Of a stretch of 64,000 bases of DNA, positions 22,534-33,096 are shown piece after piece. The stretch is taken from NCBI GenBank assembly GCA_023145435.1, contig JAGLDS010000004.1, positions 40,546 through 104,545 on the forward strand. Reading direction: 5' to 3'. Positions within the stretch are counted from its first letter, which is position 1. Each line of letters opens with the position of its first letter. A program made the translations under genes and the position numbers. The DNA comes from Clostridiales bacterium (GTDB lineage: Bacteria; Bacillota; Clostridia; DUPQ01). Below the pieces are notes generated by a model. That model saw only the letters and a program-made list of their open reading frames with translations. It made no database searches and had not been told where the DNA came from.

Positions 22534-23520
22534 TTATCCTCCGTAGCCGTCTGGAAAATTATTCATAAATTTCCAAGCGCTCTTTATAATGTCATCTATT
22601 TTTGTAATTTTTGGAACCCATTTTAGTTCTTCTTTTGCTAACTGATTAGAAGCAACGAGTTTATCAGGGTCACCAGCTCTTCTACTATCCACCTCTGCTA
22701 GTATGGGTTTTTTAGTAACTTTCCTTGCATAATCAACAATTTCTTGTACTGAAAATCCCTTACCGTTTCCTAAGTTAAATATACCACTTTTTTTATATTT
22801 TTTCATCCATTTTACAGCTTTTATATGCGCATTAGCTAAATCAGTTACATGAATGTAGTCTCTAATACATGTTCCATCTTTTGTAGCATAATCATCTCCA
22901 TAAATATTTATCTTTTTTCGCTTTCCAAGCGCTACTTGTAACACCAATGGTATTAAATGAGTTTCATGATTACGGCTTTCACCTATTAATCCACTTTCAT
23001 GAGCTCCACAGGCATTAAAATATCGTAATGCTGTGTAATAGATTCCATGGGCACTGCTTACCCATTCCATCATTTGTTCTATTGCTAATTTAGTTTCTCC
23101 ATAAGGACTTTCAGGATTAGTTTTTGTTTCTTCTGTTATTATATTTGTTTCACTATTTCCATATACAGCTGCAGTTGATGAGAATACAATGTATTTAACT
23201 CCATATTTCACCATGAATTCTAATAAAGTTGCTGTTCCATGAAGATTATTATTATAGTATTTTAATGGATTAGCTACACTTTCAGCTACTCTAGAATCTG
23301 CTGCAAAGTGAATAACAGCATCAATTTTATTCTCAGTAAAAATATTAGTCATTATTTCTTTATCTCTTATATCACCAATATATAACTTAGCTTCACTTAT
23401 TGATTTAGCAGATCCTGTAGATAAATTATCAATAACAATTACTTCTTCATTTTGTTCTTGTAAAAGTTTCACCATATGTGAACCAATATATCCAGCTCCG
23501 CCTGTTACTAAAATGGTCAT
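22534..23520 (-). CDS. galE: UDP-glucose 4-epimerase
   Basis: GGAGYIGSH Rossmann motif and YxxxK; 328 aa. Confidence 0.88.
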   Translation of the reverse strand: MTILVTGGAGYIGSHMVKLLQEQNEEVIVIDNLSTGSAKSISEAKLYIGDIRDKEIMTNIFTENKIDAVIHFAADSRVAESVANPLKYYNNNLHGTATLLEFMVKYGVKYIVFSSTAAVYGNSETNIITEETKTNPESPYGETKLAIEQMMEWVSSAHGIYYTALRYFNACGAHESGLIGESRNHETHLIPLVLQVALGKRKKINIYGDDYATKDGTCIRDYIHVTDLANAHIKAVKWMKKYKKSGIFNLGNGKGFSVQEIVDYARKVTKKPILAEVDSRRAGDPDKLVASNQLAKEELKWVPKITKIDDIIKSAWKFMNNFPDGYGG

Positions 23521-24689
23521 TGTTTGTATACCTCTTTTCCACCATCACCAATTTCAGATATATAGAATGTGGCTTCATACCCAATTGCTTTATTATATAT
23601 TTTACCCACATTCTTAATAAATTTATCCACATATTTTTCTTTTACTAACGATACAGTACAACCACCAAATCCAGCTCCTGTCATACGTGACCCAAGTACC
23701 CCTGTTTGTAAAAGTGAAGCATTTACAAGAGTATCTAGTTCAATACATGATACTTCATATAAATCACGAAGAGAATTATGTGATTCATTCATATATTTCC
23801 CAAATTGTTCTACATTACCATCTTGTAAAGCTTTTACAGATAGTTTAACTCTCTCATTTTCTTTAATTACATGTGTAGCTCTATTTAAAATATCACTATC
23901 AGTGATTAAATGACTACTATTTAGTAACTGTGAGTAAGAAAGGTCACATAAATACTCAGCAGCTGAATAATCAGCTTGTAAAAAAGATAATGCAGTTTGA
24001 CACTGTGAAAATCGTTCATTATATTTACTTTCTCCAAGAGAACGTTTCTTATTTGTGTTAGAAATAACTATTTTGATTCCATCCATTTCCAATGGAATGT
24101 GAGCATAATCAAGTGTTTTACAATCTAATAACAGAGCATGATTTGCTTTTCCCATTGCAGATGCAAATTGATCCATTATTCCACATTTTACGCCAACATA
24201 ATTATGTTCGGCAGCAACACACAATTTAACTATCTCAACCAAATCAACAAAGTGATTATTAATGGCTAAAAGTGCAATTGCAGTTACAACTTCAATTGCT
24301 GCAGAAGATGATAATCCACTGCCTAGTGGTACTTTATCGTCAAAAATCATTTCACAACCCGTTAGTGAATAACCAGCTTTTTGTAGTTCATCTAAAACTC
24401 CTAATTGATAGTTGCCCCACTCATAGGCCTTATATAGTTCTAGACAGTCTAATTTAGCTTCTACTACATAATTAAGGTCAGTTGCATATAACCTAATTAT
24501 GTTATCATTTCGTTTCCGTATGGCCACTGTAGAAGCAAGTGTTAAAGCAGCTGGGAATACACTCCCTCCGTTATAATCTATATGTTCTCCTATTAAATTC
24601 ACTCGTCCTGGACTACGAAAAAAACGTATTTGCTCATTGCTTTTACCATATATTTCAATTAATTTATTTTCTAGTTGTAATAAATTCAT
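23517..24689 (-). CDS. galK: Galactokinase
   Basis: GHMP kinase motifs PLGSGLSSSAA and GRVNLIGEHIDY. Confidence 0.9.
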   Translation of the reverse strand: MNLLQLENKLIEIYGKSNEQIRFFRSPGRVNLIGEHIDYNGGSVFPAALTLASTVAIRKRNDNIIRLYATDLNYVVEAKLDCLELYKAYEWGNYQLGVLDELQKAGYSLTGCEMIFDDKVPLGSGLSSSAAIEVVTAIALLAINNHFVDLVEIVKLCVAAEHNYVGVKCGIMDQFASAMGKANHALLLDCKTLDYAHIPLEMDGIKIVISNTNKKRSLGESKYNERFSQCQTALSFLQADYSAAEYLCDLSYSQLLNSSHLITDSDILNRATHVIKENERVKLSVKALQDGNVEQFGKYMNESHNSLRDLYEVSCIELDTLVNASLLQTGVLGSRMTGAGFGGCTVSLVKEKYVDKFIKNVGKIYNKAIGYEATFYISEIGDGGKEVYKQ

Positions 24690-25667
24690 TTAATCGTTCA
24701 CTTTCTTTATATGTCTTTCATAAGCAATTTGTAATTCAATAGCTTTTTGTTCAGGAGCTGTGGTATTACAATGTGCCCATGCACCTGTTTCAGATGATGC
24801 ATTAAATTTAATTTTATTCTCTGATCTCATTGGTGGAAAAAATTCCACATGGAAATGATAATAATTTGTAGTGTCTTCATAATTAACAGGGCTTTGATAC
24901 ATACACATCATATATGGGAATGGTTTATCAAATAGGCTATCTAACATTCCAACTGTATTACGTAAAGTTTTAGCAAAAGATAATTTTTCTATTTCGCTAA
25001 ATTCAGATAAATTACCGATATGTCTTTTAGATACTATATGAACTCCATAGGGGTATTCTGAATAAAATGGTAAATATACTACAAAATGTTCATCTTGAAA
25101 TATTACACGTTGTTTAAATTCTATTTCTTCGCTATTTAGAGTACATATTAAACAATCACCAGTAGATTCAAAGTGTTCTTTACATGATATTAATTCTAAT
25201 TCAACTTTTTTTGGTATAAATGGATATCCATATATTTGACCATGGGGATGGGGCATTGTTACTCCTACCACTTCTCCTCTATTTTCAAAGATAAATATAA
25301 ATTTTACTTTTTCATCTTTGGCAATTTCTATATATCGCTCAGTCCATAAATCAACTAATTTTTTTACATGAAATATTGATAATTGAGGTAAAGTTACAGT
25401 ATGTTCAGGTGAATACAAAATCACTTCACATTTACCAAATGATGGTAACACCTTAAAGATAGAAGTTTCCACTTCATCTGGTATTGGTGGTGTAGGTGAT
25501 AATGCTGGAAAATCATTTGGATACATTAATACATCATAATCATCTGGTACATTACCACTACCGCTACAAAATGGACACCAATTACTTGGCATTTGTGGTC
25601 TATCTTGTCTATTTGATGCAATCATTACCCAATCTTTTATTAATGGGTTCCACCTAATCTCTGCCAT
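24690..25667 (-). CDS. galT: Galactose-1-phosphate uridylyltransferase
   Basis: HPHGQIY HxH motif and CPFC zinc site. Confidence 0.85.
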   Translation of the reverse strand: MAEIRWNPLIKDWVMIASNRQDRPQMPSNWCPFCSGSGNVPDDYDVLMYPNDFPALSPTPPIPDEVETSIFKVLPSFGKCEVILYSPEHTVTLPQLSIFHVKKLVDLWTERYIEIAKDEKVKFIFIFENRGEVVGVTMPHPHGQIYGYPFIPKKVELELISCKEHFESTGDCLICTLNSEEIEFKQRVIFQDEHFVVYLPFYSEYPYGVHIVSKRHIGNLSEFSEIEKLSFAKTLRNTVGMLDSLFDKPFPYMMCMYQSPVNYEDTTNYYHFHVEFFPPMRSENKIKFNASSETGAWAHCNTTAPEQKAIELQIAYERHIKKVND

Positions 25668-26018
25668 TTTTTTACACTCCTTTATTTCGCAAGATTTATT
25701 ATATCAATTTTTATGAAGAGTATAAAGCGTTTTAGTAAAGTTTTTATGAGCAGGTAATAAAAAGTTAGTTATAATATAATAATCATTGATTAGTTACATC
25801 TTTTTTAGTTTTTTTTTTTTGAGTTTTTCTAAAAAGAGTTGACGATTTTTAGATATTTCTCGCAACATATCCTCATGAACTCGATCTTACACTTGATGAT
25901 TCTCATATTAAGTAATAGTTGTATCACACCACCCAAGAACTTTAGCTAAGTTTTTTGCATTAACATCATATTTTCATCAGCTATAAAGGAATTGCCCGTA
26001 AATAGTAAATATACAAAT

Positions 26019-26879
26019 TTATGACTGTTTGTACATGTCAACTAAGTGTTTGGCAGTTTTATACATAAAAATAGTTGCATCTTTTAATAATTCATCTGGG
26101 AATTTTTCTAAGAAACGATCAGATTCTAATGTTAGTTCACCTGTATAATCAATATCTTTTAGTGCTTTCATAATTGATGGAAAGTTCATTTTTTGAGTAA
26201 ATGGTAATGTGTGTAAATCATTTATAAAATCATTATCATGTACATGTAATGCTTTTAATCTATCATGACCTAATCCATAGATCATATTAGAAGCATCTTC
26301 CCCTACTAATCCACAGTGTCCAATATCTAAACAAGCTGTAAAGTAATCACTATCTAGTGCATCTAAGTAATCTACAAATTGCTCTGTATCTGAACAAATA
26401 TTTTTAGTATATTTATTTGTTTCTTCGTGTCTTGATCCAAACATATTTTCTAATGCAATCTTCACATTATATTGCTTTGCGTATGGTAATAGTGAATTAT
26501 AGAAATCTAAGTTAAATTGTTTCTGATCGTTTTTAACTGCTATTGGGTGAATTATTATTTGTTTTACACCTAATATTGCACTTGCTTCAATTGATCTTAT
26601 TAATTGAGGTATAATCTTTTTATTATATTCTTCATTTCCTACAACATATGATGGAAACGGAGCATGTGCTTGAGTAATATTAACACCATAACCATCAGCA
26701 ATTTCTCTTAATTGTTTCATTTTTTTCTGGTAGTTATTTACTTGTAATGGTCCATCTGTCATATAACCACTAAACATGGAGTAATCGATTGAGTCAAATC
26801 CTATTTCACATAACATTTTAATAGCTTTTATATCTCCAAATATCTTTTCTAAATATAACGATTGTGTTGCGATTTTCAT
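26019..26879 (-). CDS. Sugar-phosphate isomerase/epimerase (xylose-isomerase-like TIM barrel)
   Basis: 286 aa AP-endonuclease-2/TIM-barrel family pattern. Confidence 0.55.
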   Translation of the reverse strand: MKIATQSLYLEKIFGDIKAIKMLCEIGFDSIDYSMFSGYMTDGPLQVNNYQKKMKQLREIADGYGVNITQAHAPFPSYVVGNEEYNKKIIPQLIRSIEASAILGVKQIIIHPIAVKNDQKQFNLDFYNSLLPYAKQYNVKIALENMFGSRHEETNKYTKNICSDTEQFVDYLDALDSDYFTACLDIGHCGLVGEDASNMIYGLGHDRLKALHVHDNDFINDLHTLPFTQKMNFPSIMKALKDIDYTGELTLESDRFLEKFPDELLKDATIFMYKTAKHLVDMYKQS

Positions 26880-27025
26880 AATATACCTTCTATTACATAT
26901 TTTTACTTATTATATCGTAAAAACATTAATAAATGTTTAATATTTTTGCTAATATATTTAAAAATGGTTTCATTTTATATTTTTTGTGTATAATAGTAGA
27001 AGTTATTAATTAAGGAGTATATTCG

Positions 27026-28252
27026 TTGGTAAATAATAGAAATTACAAAATAGCATACATAGGATTCATGTGGCATGCTTTTTTCTTAGCATTGACCATG
27101 TCAATGTTAGACTTAAATACAGTATTTCCTTCACTAGTTTCAGAATTAACAGGTTCTAAAGCTCTATTTGGACTTTTGTATTCTATTATGCTTGGTGTTC
27201 CACTACTTTTTAATATCCTATTTAGTCATTATCTAAAAACAAAACCTAAAAAGAAAAAATACCTTTTAATTGGTATATACGTTCGTGCTTTTTCTTTTCT
27301 CGGTATGGCTACTTTCACATATTTCTTTGGATTGTCAAAACCAATGTTTGCTTTTAGTACTTTCTTTCTTTGGATTTTCTTATTTTCGTTAAGTGGTGGT
27401 TTTGCAGGGATTTCATATACTGATATTTTAGCTAAGACAATTCCAAGTGATAAACGTACTAATCTCTACTCAATAAAACAATTCATAAGTAGTATTGCAG
27501 CTTTTCTTGGTGGTTTAGCAGTTAGTAAGATTTTTTCAATTAGTACACTAGCTTATCCAATTAATTATTCACTTAGTTTATCAATTGGTTTTATTGGGAT
27601 ATTTATTGCATCAATTGGTTTTTTGATTATACCTGAACCAGCTTCTAAAAACATTCCTAGTGAAAAAGAATCATTTATTGAATATTTAAAAAAAGTGCCT
27701 CAATTTCTTAAAAGAGATTTTAATTTTAGACGCTTTATTATTGTAGAAAATATGGCTAGTTTTAGTATTATGATTATGCCATTTTATATGATATTTGCAA
27801 AAGAAATGTTTTCAATAGATAGTTCATATATTGGCCGTTATCTTCTTTTTCAAATATCAGGAACTATAGTGTCAGCCTTAATATGGGGATTAGTAGCTAA
27901 AAAGCTTAGTGCTAAATCAATTATGCGAGTATGTATTATTCTTGGTGGTCTTATTCCTCTAATAGCCATAGGCCTATCTTTCCTTGGACCTGATTATTTT
28001 GCAATTGTATTCTTACTAATTGGATTTATCATTAGTGGGCGACGTGTTGGTTTTGAACCGTACTTATTAGATATTGCACCTGACGAGCATCGTACAGAAT
28101 ACTTAGGAATTAGAGGATCACTAAATATCCTTAAAGTAATACTGCCAATCTTAGGTGGAATATTTATTGAAACCTTAGGTTATTATTTTACTTTTAGCCT
28201 TGTTGCCATAGTTATGTTCTTTTCATCATTTTTGTTAAAGAAAAAACAATAA
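27026..28252 (+). CDS. MFS transporter
   Basis: 408 aa, 12 predicted TM helices. Confidence 0.7.
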   Translation: MVNNRNYKIAYIGFMWHAFFLALTMSMLDLNTVFPSLVSELTGSKALFGLLYSIMLGVPLLFNILFSHYLKTKPKKKKYLLIGIYVRAFSFLGMATFTYFFGLSKPMFAFSTFFLWIFLFSLSGGFAGISYTDILAKTIPSDKRTNLYSIKQFISSIAAFLGGLAVSKIFSISTLAYPINYSLSLSIGFIGIFIASIGFLIIPEPASKNIPSEKESFIEYLKKVPQFLKRDFNFRRFIIVENMASFSIMIMPFYMIFAKEMFSIDSSYIGRYLLFQISGTIVSALIWGLVAKKLSAKSIMRVCIILGGLIPLIAIGLSFLGPDYFAIVFLLIGFIISGRRVGFEPYLLDIAPDEHRTEYLGIRGSLNILKVILPILGGIFIETLGYYFTFSLVAIVMFFSSFLLKKKQ

Positions 28253-28267
28253 GTACTCTTTTCAAAA

Positions 28268-29635
28268 TCATTTACACAACTGGTAGTATGTATTCTTACT
28301 CTTCCCGCTTTTTATAACAATCCCTAGATTTTCCATTTCACGTAAAAGGTTACCACTTTTTGTTTGACTAAACCCATATGATTTTTGAATATCATTTCTC
28401 ATTATGTACCCATTGATTTTAATAGTTTTCTTTATATCTTCTATAACAGCTTCCCTGTCATAAATATTAACTAGGTGTTTTTCAGTTCCTAGGTCACTGC
28501 TACTATTATATGCTTCATGTGTATCTTCTACAGTCATATATTCCTCTAATTGATTAAGTTTAGGAAGCCTTAAAATAAATGCATTAGGTGTAATCTTAAA
28601 CTCTGGTTTAACTGACAAACCATTATACACTGATAGGATTTTAGTAATGCCAGTACCATAGGCTTCAATAAGTTCTAGACGATAGAAAATATTTGCAAGT
28701 TTTTCATTTCTTTGTTTTGAAACACCTTCCATAATATCCTCAAGTTCCAAACCATCTGGTAAAGTACCCATGGAAACAAATTCACAATAATTATTAAATA
28801 TATTGACAAAGATACTTCCTCCCACTCCATAATCCCTATGAATAAGCGCATTAAGAAGTCCTTCTCTAAGCGTTATAGGATCATAATCATATTGATCTTT
28901 TCTACGTAGTCCTTCATAAGTAGTATCCATATGATTGTGCATTTGTAAATATTGATATACATCATTCATCTGTCTTAACAATGAACCTCCAAACTCCTGT
29001 CTGTGTTTAAACTTAGTTTTGTTATCACCTTCAAAAATAGCAGCTTTAACAATGTGAGGACACTGATCAGATAGCAATAACGCCAAATTGTTATACAATC
29101 CATCTTCATCAATCATTCCTAAGGTTTTAAAATTTACCTGTTTGAACTCTAATTCACGTTGTTCAAACTGATTTCTTGCATACAAAAAAGTCAAGTTTTG
29201 TTTAAGTGATCTTGTTGTTTCGTATGTTATCCCATGGCTTTTAATAATCATCAACCAAATATCTTTATCACTAACTGGGATACTTGTATTTCCCAAACGT
29301 ATATATACACCAGATGGTCTCATTCCCTTATCTTTAAGATAATATGGTTTACCCTCTCCTCTTTGAACTTCAATGATAATAATATCTTTTCCAGCAATAG
29401 TCTTCTTCTGTAGATTGACATAATTAATGACAGAGGGCATTATTTTATCGCGAATTATAGATGATATAACTTCAAGCTGCTCTTTTATTCCTTTTATTCC
29501 AATAACCTCACCATCATCAGATATTCCAATGTAGATTTTACCACCAAGAGTATTTGCAAAAGCAACTACCTCTTTCATTAGGTCCTTACTCATCTCTTCT
29601 TTTAATTCAATTGTATCTGATTCAATATATTGCAA
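28268..29635 (-). CDS. AlbA_2 (Schlafen-like 'divergent AAA') + HATPase_c_4 + C-terminal wHTH putative DNA-binding regulator
   Basis: N-terminus IELKEEMSKDLMKEVVAFANTLGGKIYIGISDDGEVIGI is the AlbA_2 signature. The C-terminal HTH is NDIQKSYGFSQTKSGNLLREMENLGIV. Confidence 0.65.
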   Translation of the reverse strand: MQYIESDTIELKEEMSKDLMKEVVAFANTLGGKIYIGISDDGEVIGIKGIKEQLEVISSIIRDKIMPSVINYVNLQKKTIAGKDIIIIEVQRGEGKPYYLKDKGMRPSGVYIRLGNTSIPVSDKDIWLMIIKSHGITYETTRSLKQNLTFLYARNQFEQRELEFKQVNFKTLGMIDEDGLYNNLALLLSDQCPHIVKAAIFEGDNKTKFKHRQEFGGSLLRQMNDVYQYLQMHNHMDTTYEGLRRKDQYDYDPITLREGLLNALIHRDYGVGGSIFVNIFNNYCEFVSMGTLPDGLELEDIMEGVSKQRNEKLANIFYRLELIEAYGTGITKILSVYNGLSVKPEFKITPNAFILRLPKLNQLEEYMTVEDTHEAYNSSSDLGTEKHLVNIYDREAVIEDIKKTIKINGYIMRNDIQKSYGFSQTKSGNLLREMENLGIVIKSGKSKNTYYQLCK

Positions 29636-29897
29636 AATGTTCTCCTAAAATATTTTCTATCTTATTCTATCACTTTCTATCTTTTTCTGTCAAATTAATT
29701 ACTGTAACAGCGCTTTCATTATTAACAATATATATCGCAAAATCTATTTCTTTTTAACTTTTTGTTGATAAATAAATAATTAAATACTTTACTACATTGA
29801 AAACTTAATACCTTTAGTTAACTGAATAGGAAAGACACCTTTTATCAGATGCCTTTAATTAAACTATTTCACATATACTTTTTCATCTAATATTAAG

Positions 29898-31235
29898 CTA
29901 GTCTCTTGATTCAATTTTTTGTTCAAATACATTTTCATCTTCAATTAAACATACTACATTGCTTAAAATAATTTTATAATTATCTACCAATGGTATATTA
30001 CTGAATTTGAAAAACTTACTTACTTTCAAATTAGATTCATCATCTTTGACTAAATCTCCAAACTGTTTTGACTTATATCTTATATCATTATTCTCAACAT
30101 ATAGAGAATAACCTTTTACCTTGTCGTCTATTGTGTTTGATGAATTTATTATAAGTTCATTTGTAATACTATCATATACAATTTTATCAATCCAAATTAT
30201 CTCATCCTTATAAGTAATTCCCATAGGAAAGTTTTTATTTAAATCAACATCAATTTCAACTGTTATATTTCCATCGTAAAAATATCCTAAAAATCCAATA
30301 TATATCGTCTGATTTTGATTATAGTAACATGAATCATTAAATATCACCCTAATATATCTTTTCCCATCTTCTTTATAATAATATTCAAAATTATTTTCAG
30401 CATAGATTTTAGTTGATGAATCTAATTGAATATATAGTTTATTAAATTCACTAATGGTATAAGGGTTTTTATCATCTAATCTTATAAGAAGTTCAGTTCT
30501 GGTTGGATATGAGATTAATTTTTCAAAGCATATATCTCCATATACTGTTTGGTAGTCTATATTTAATAGATGTTCATTAGAAAGAGCAATGTCTGTATCT
30601 AATACTGTTACTTTTACTTTTCCAACTTCAACAATTTGTTCACTTTGTCCATTCAAAAGCTGCATGTCCACTTGTATAATTCCATCATTAGAAATAATAT
30701 CCTTTAACTCAAAAAGTTTAAATTTAATATCTAGCTTACTTACTGGTTCATCATTTACTACTTCATGTGATGAGGAAGTCCTTTCTCCAAAATCATCTGG
30801 CATTGCAACAATTAACATTTCTTTGTTTAATTCTTCATTTTTCACTTTATAACGAGCTGTAATGTTAACTCTTGCTTCATCAATTATGATGTGATCAAGA
30901 TAAATAATATAGTCTTCGTTTTCAACCATCATTGGTCCAAAATCTTTATATTCATTTAATACAGCTTTTTCTATCCCATAATCTCTATTAAAATAAAACC
31001 ATTTAATACTTTCTCTAATGCCAGGAATATTGTTAGCTATAACTCTAAACCCAGAAGATATGTTAATTAATAATATATATGCTACTAATACAACAACAAC
31101 CACGCTAACATATTTAAGTGGTTGTCTTTTTCTTCTTGTTATTAATAATGTACTTTTTGTAACTTCATCTAGTTTACTACTTAGAGTAAAATCTTCTTTT
31201 ATATGATTTTCAAGGATAAATTTATCATTATTCAT
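29898..31235 (-). CDS. Putative anti-sigma factor (single-pass membrane protein with large extracytoplasmic domain)
   Basis: Immediately downstream of the ECF sigma gene. Single TM at ~aa 42-62. Confidence 0.5.
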   Translation of the reverse strand: MNNDKFILENHIKEDFTLSSKLDEVTKSTLLITRRKRQPLKYVSVVVVVLVAYILLINISSGFRVIANNIPGIRESIKWFYFNRDYGIEKAVLNEYKDFGPMMVENEDYIIYLDHIIIDEARVNITARYKVKNEELNKEMLIVAMPDDFGERTSSSHEVVNDEPVSKLDIKFKLFELKDIISNDGIIQVDMQLLNGQSEQIVEVGKVKVTVLDTDIALSNEHLLNIDYQTVYGDICFEKLISYPTRTELLIRLDDKNPYTISEFNKLYIQLDSSTKIYAENNFEYYYKEDGKRYIRVIFNDSCYYNQNQTIYIGFLGYFYDGNITVEIDVDLNKNFPMGITYKDEIIWIDKIVYDSITNELIINSSNTIDDKVKGYSLYVENNDIRYKSKQFGDLVKDDESNLKVSKFFKFSNIPLVDNYKIILSNVVCLIEDENVFEQKIESRD

Positions 31236-31248
31236 TAGTTTTTTTCTC

Positions 31249-31746
31249 CTATACTTGTAATTTCTTTTTTAATTCTTGTAGTTGACGATATAGTTTTGTT
31301 TTAATGCTACTTAAAGGAATTTGTAGTATTTCGCTTATTTCTGATAAAGTATATCCTTGATAATATTTTAGATAAATAATCATTTTTTCGACTTCTGGTA
31401 AAGTGACTAATAAATCTTTTAAATCAATATCTTCATAAACATCTTCATGTGTTATGTTTCCTATAATTTCATTATAATAAATTATTTTGCCATTTTTCTT
31501 AATGATTTTTTTGCACTCGTTGATAATTATTCGAGTAAACCAGGTTGTAAAATATTGAGGATTTTTAAGTTTTCTAATATGCTTAAATGAATACAGTACC
31601 GCACTGCTAAAAGAATCAAGAGCATCATGTTCGTTTCTTAGATAACATAATGCAACTCTATATGATTTTTCTTTTATTTCATTAATTAAACTTGAATAAG
31701 CTTCCTTATTCCCTTTTATAGCTTTTTTTACAACTATGTCGTCCAT
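31249..31746 (-). CDS. ECF-type RNA polymerase sigma-70 family factor
   Basis: Region 2 (FTTWFTRIIINE) and region 4 HTH (YTLSEISEILQIPLSSIKTKLYR). Start refined to MDDIVVKK (RBS AAGGAGA). Confidence 0.75.
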   Translation of the reverse strand: MDDIVVKKAIKGNKEAYSSLINEIKEKSYRVALCYLRNEHDALDSFSSAVLYSFKHIRKLKNPQYFTTWFTRIIINECKKIIKKNGKIIYYNEIIGNITHEDVYEDIDLKDLLVTLPEVEKMIIYLKYYQGYTLSEISEILQIPLSSIKTKLYRQLQELKKKLQV

Positions 31747-31924
31747 CCACGTCTCCTTGTACACTTGATATTCTAGAATTCTCTTATTAGATATCACTAA
31801 TGCCTAAAAAGTTTCAAATATTTTTAGTATGTTAATAATTTTTACTTGCCCTTGAAATTATAATTAATATACAAGTATTAAAATATAAAATGATTTTTAT
31901 ATCTCAAATGAAATGGTACTACAT

Positions 31925-32790
31925 AATGAATAAGCTTGACAATTTTTTATTTGATTACTACAGATATACCTGCATTTTATTTAGAATGGTTTTTCAAAAG
32001 AATTGAAGAAGGATTTGTTTTAGTTAGAAATCCTATGAATTATCATCAAGTAAGCAAAGTTAAGTTAACACCAGATGTGATTGACTGCATTGTTTTTTTG
32101 ACTTAAAATCCTACTAAAATTATAAACAATTTAGACAAACTTAAAGATTTTAATTATTATTTTCAAATAACCATTACACCCTATGATAAGTCAATTGAAA
32201 AAAATATACCTAATAAAGAAATTATTATCAATTCATTTATAACATTATCTAGAAAAATTGGTAAAGAAAAAGTTATTTGGCGTTATGATCCAATCCTACT
32301 AACTGAAAATATTGATATCAACTATCATAAAATTCAATTTGAACAATTAGCATCAAAATTTAAAAATTACACAGATTTATGTGTAATAAGCTTTACTGAT
32401 AATTATTCAAAAACTACTCAAAACATGAAGTTACTAAAACAAACTACTATAAATAAAAAACAAATGTTAGATATTGGAAAAACTCTTTCCACAATCGCAA
32501 ATAAGTATAGTATTAAAATTGAAACTTGCTCAGTAAAAATTGATTTATCATCCGTTGGTATTAAACATGGCAAATGTATAGATGATAGTCTTATTTCATC
32601 AATTGTTGATCAAAAGTTAGATATAAAAAAAGATAAAAACCAAAGAGAGATTTGTGGTTGTGTTTCAAGCATTGATATAGGCACATATAACACTTGTACC
32701 CACGAGTGTTTGTACTGCTATGCTAACTTTAGTTTAAATTCTATAGAAAACAACATTATAAAACATGATATATTTCACCTTTTTTAATTG
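31925..32790 (+). pseudogene. DUF1848-family (Cys-rich) gene disrupted by an in-frame TAA (~32101) and possibly an N-terminal frameshift
   Basis: Translation gives ...ITTDIPAFYLEWFFKRIEEGFVLVRNP...IVFLT*, then resumes in the same frame NPTKIINNLDKL...CGCVSSIDIGTYNTCTHECLYCYANF. The only complete ORF is the C-terminal 120 aa (32425..32787). Confidence 0.55.
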
Positions 32791-33096
32791 GTACTCTTGA
32801 ACAAGAACGTAAAGTAACTGAAAAAAAGATGAATTTATACTTACCCAATCAATTAAGCTTTCATATTTGAATAATATATTTCATCCTAATTATTGCTCAA
32901 TCACCAATTAAATTCTCAAACCTTCTAACTATTAATATCTGTTAGAGTACATAGCATGTACTCACTTAATAGGAAGCAAATCTATCCTAAAATTCATTAT
33001 AAGGGTTTTCTTGATAAATAAGATATTGATAAAATGATATAATTTTTAAAATTACAGTTCTTAAAACAAATTACTATATAAACACATTATCCCAAA

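Noticed and set aside
25668-26018. gal operon upstream region scanned for a cre/CcpA box or GalR operator
   Set aside because: I could not identify a convincing match to the cre consensus (TGWAANCGNTNWCA) by eye. The poly-T tract at ~25800-25825 is notable but not interpretable.
32944-32962. 8-bp inverted repeat GAGTACAT-agc-ATGTACTC between the convergent DUF1848 and DUF2075 genes
   Set aside because: The stem is short and has no U-run. It may be a weak terminator, but this is not strongly supported.
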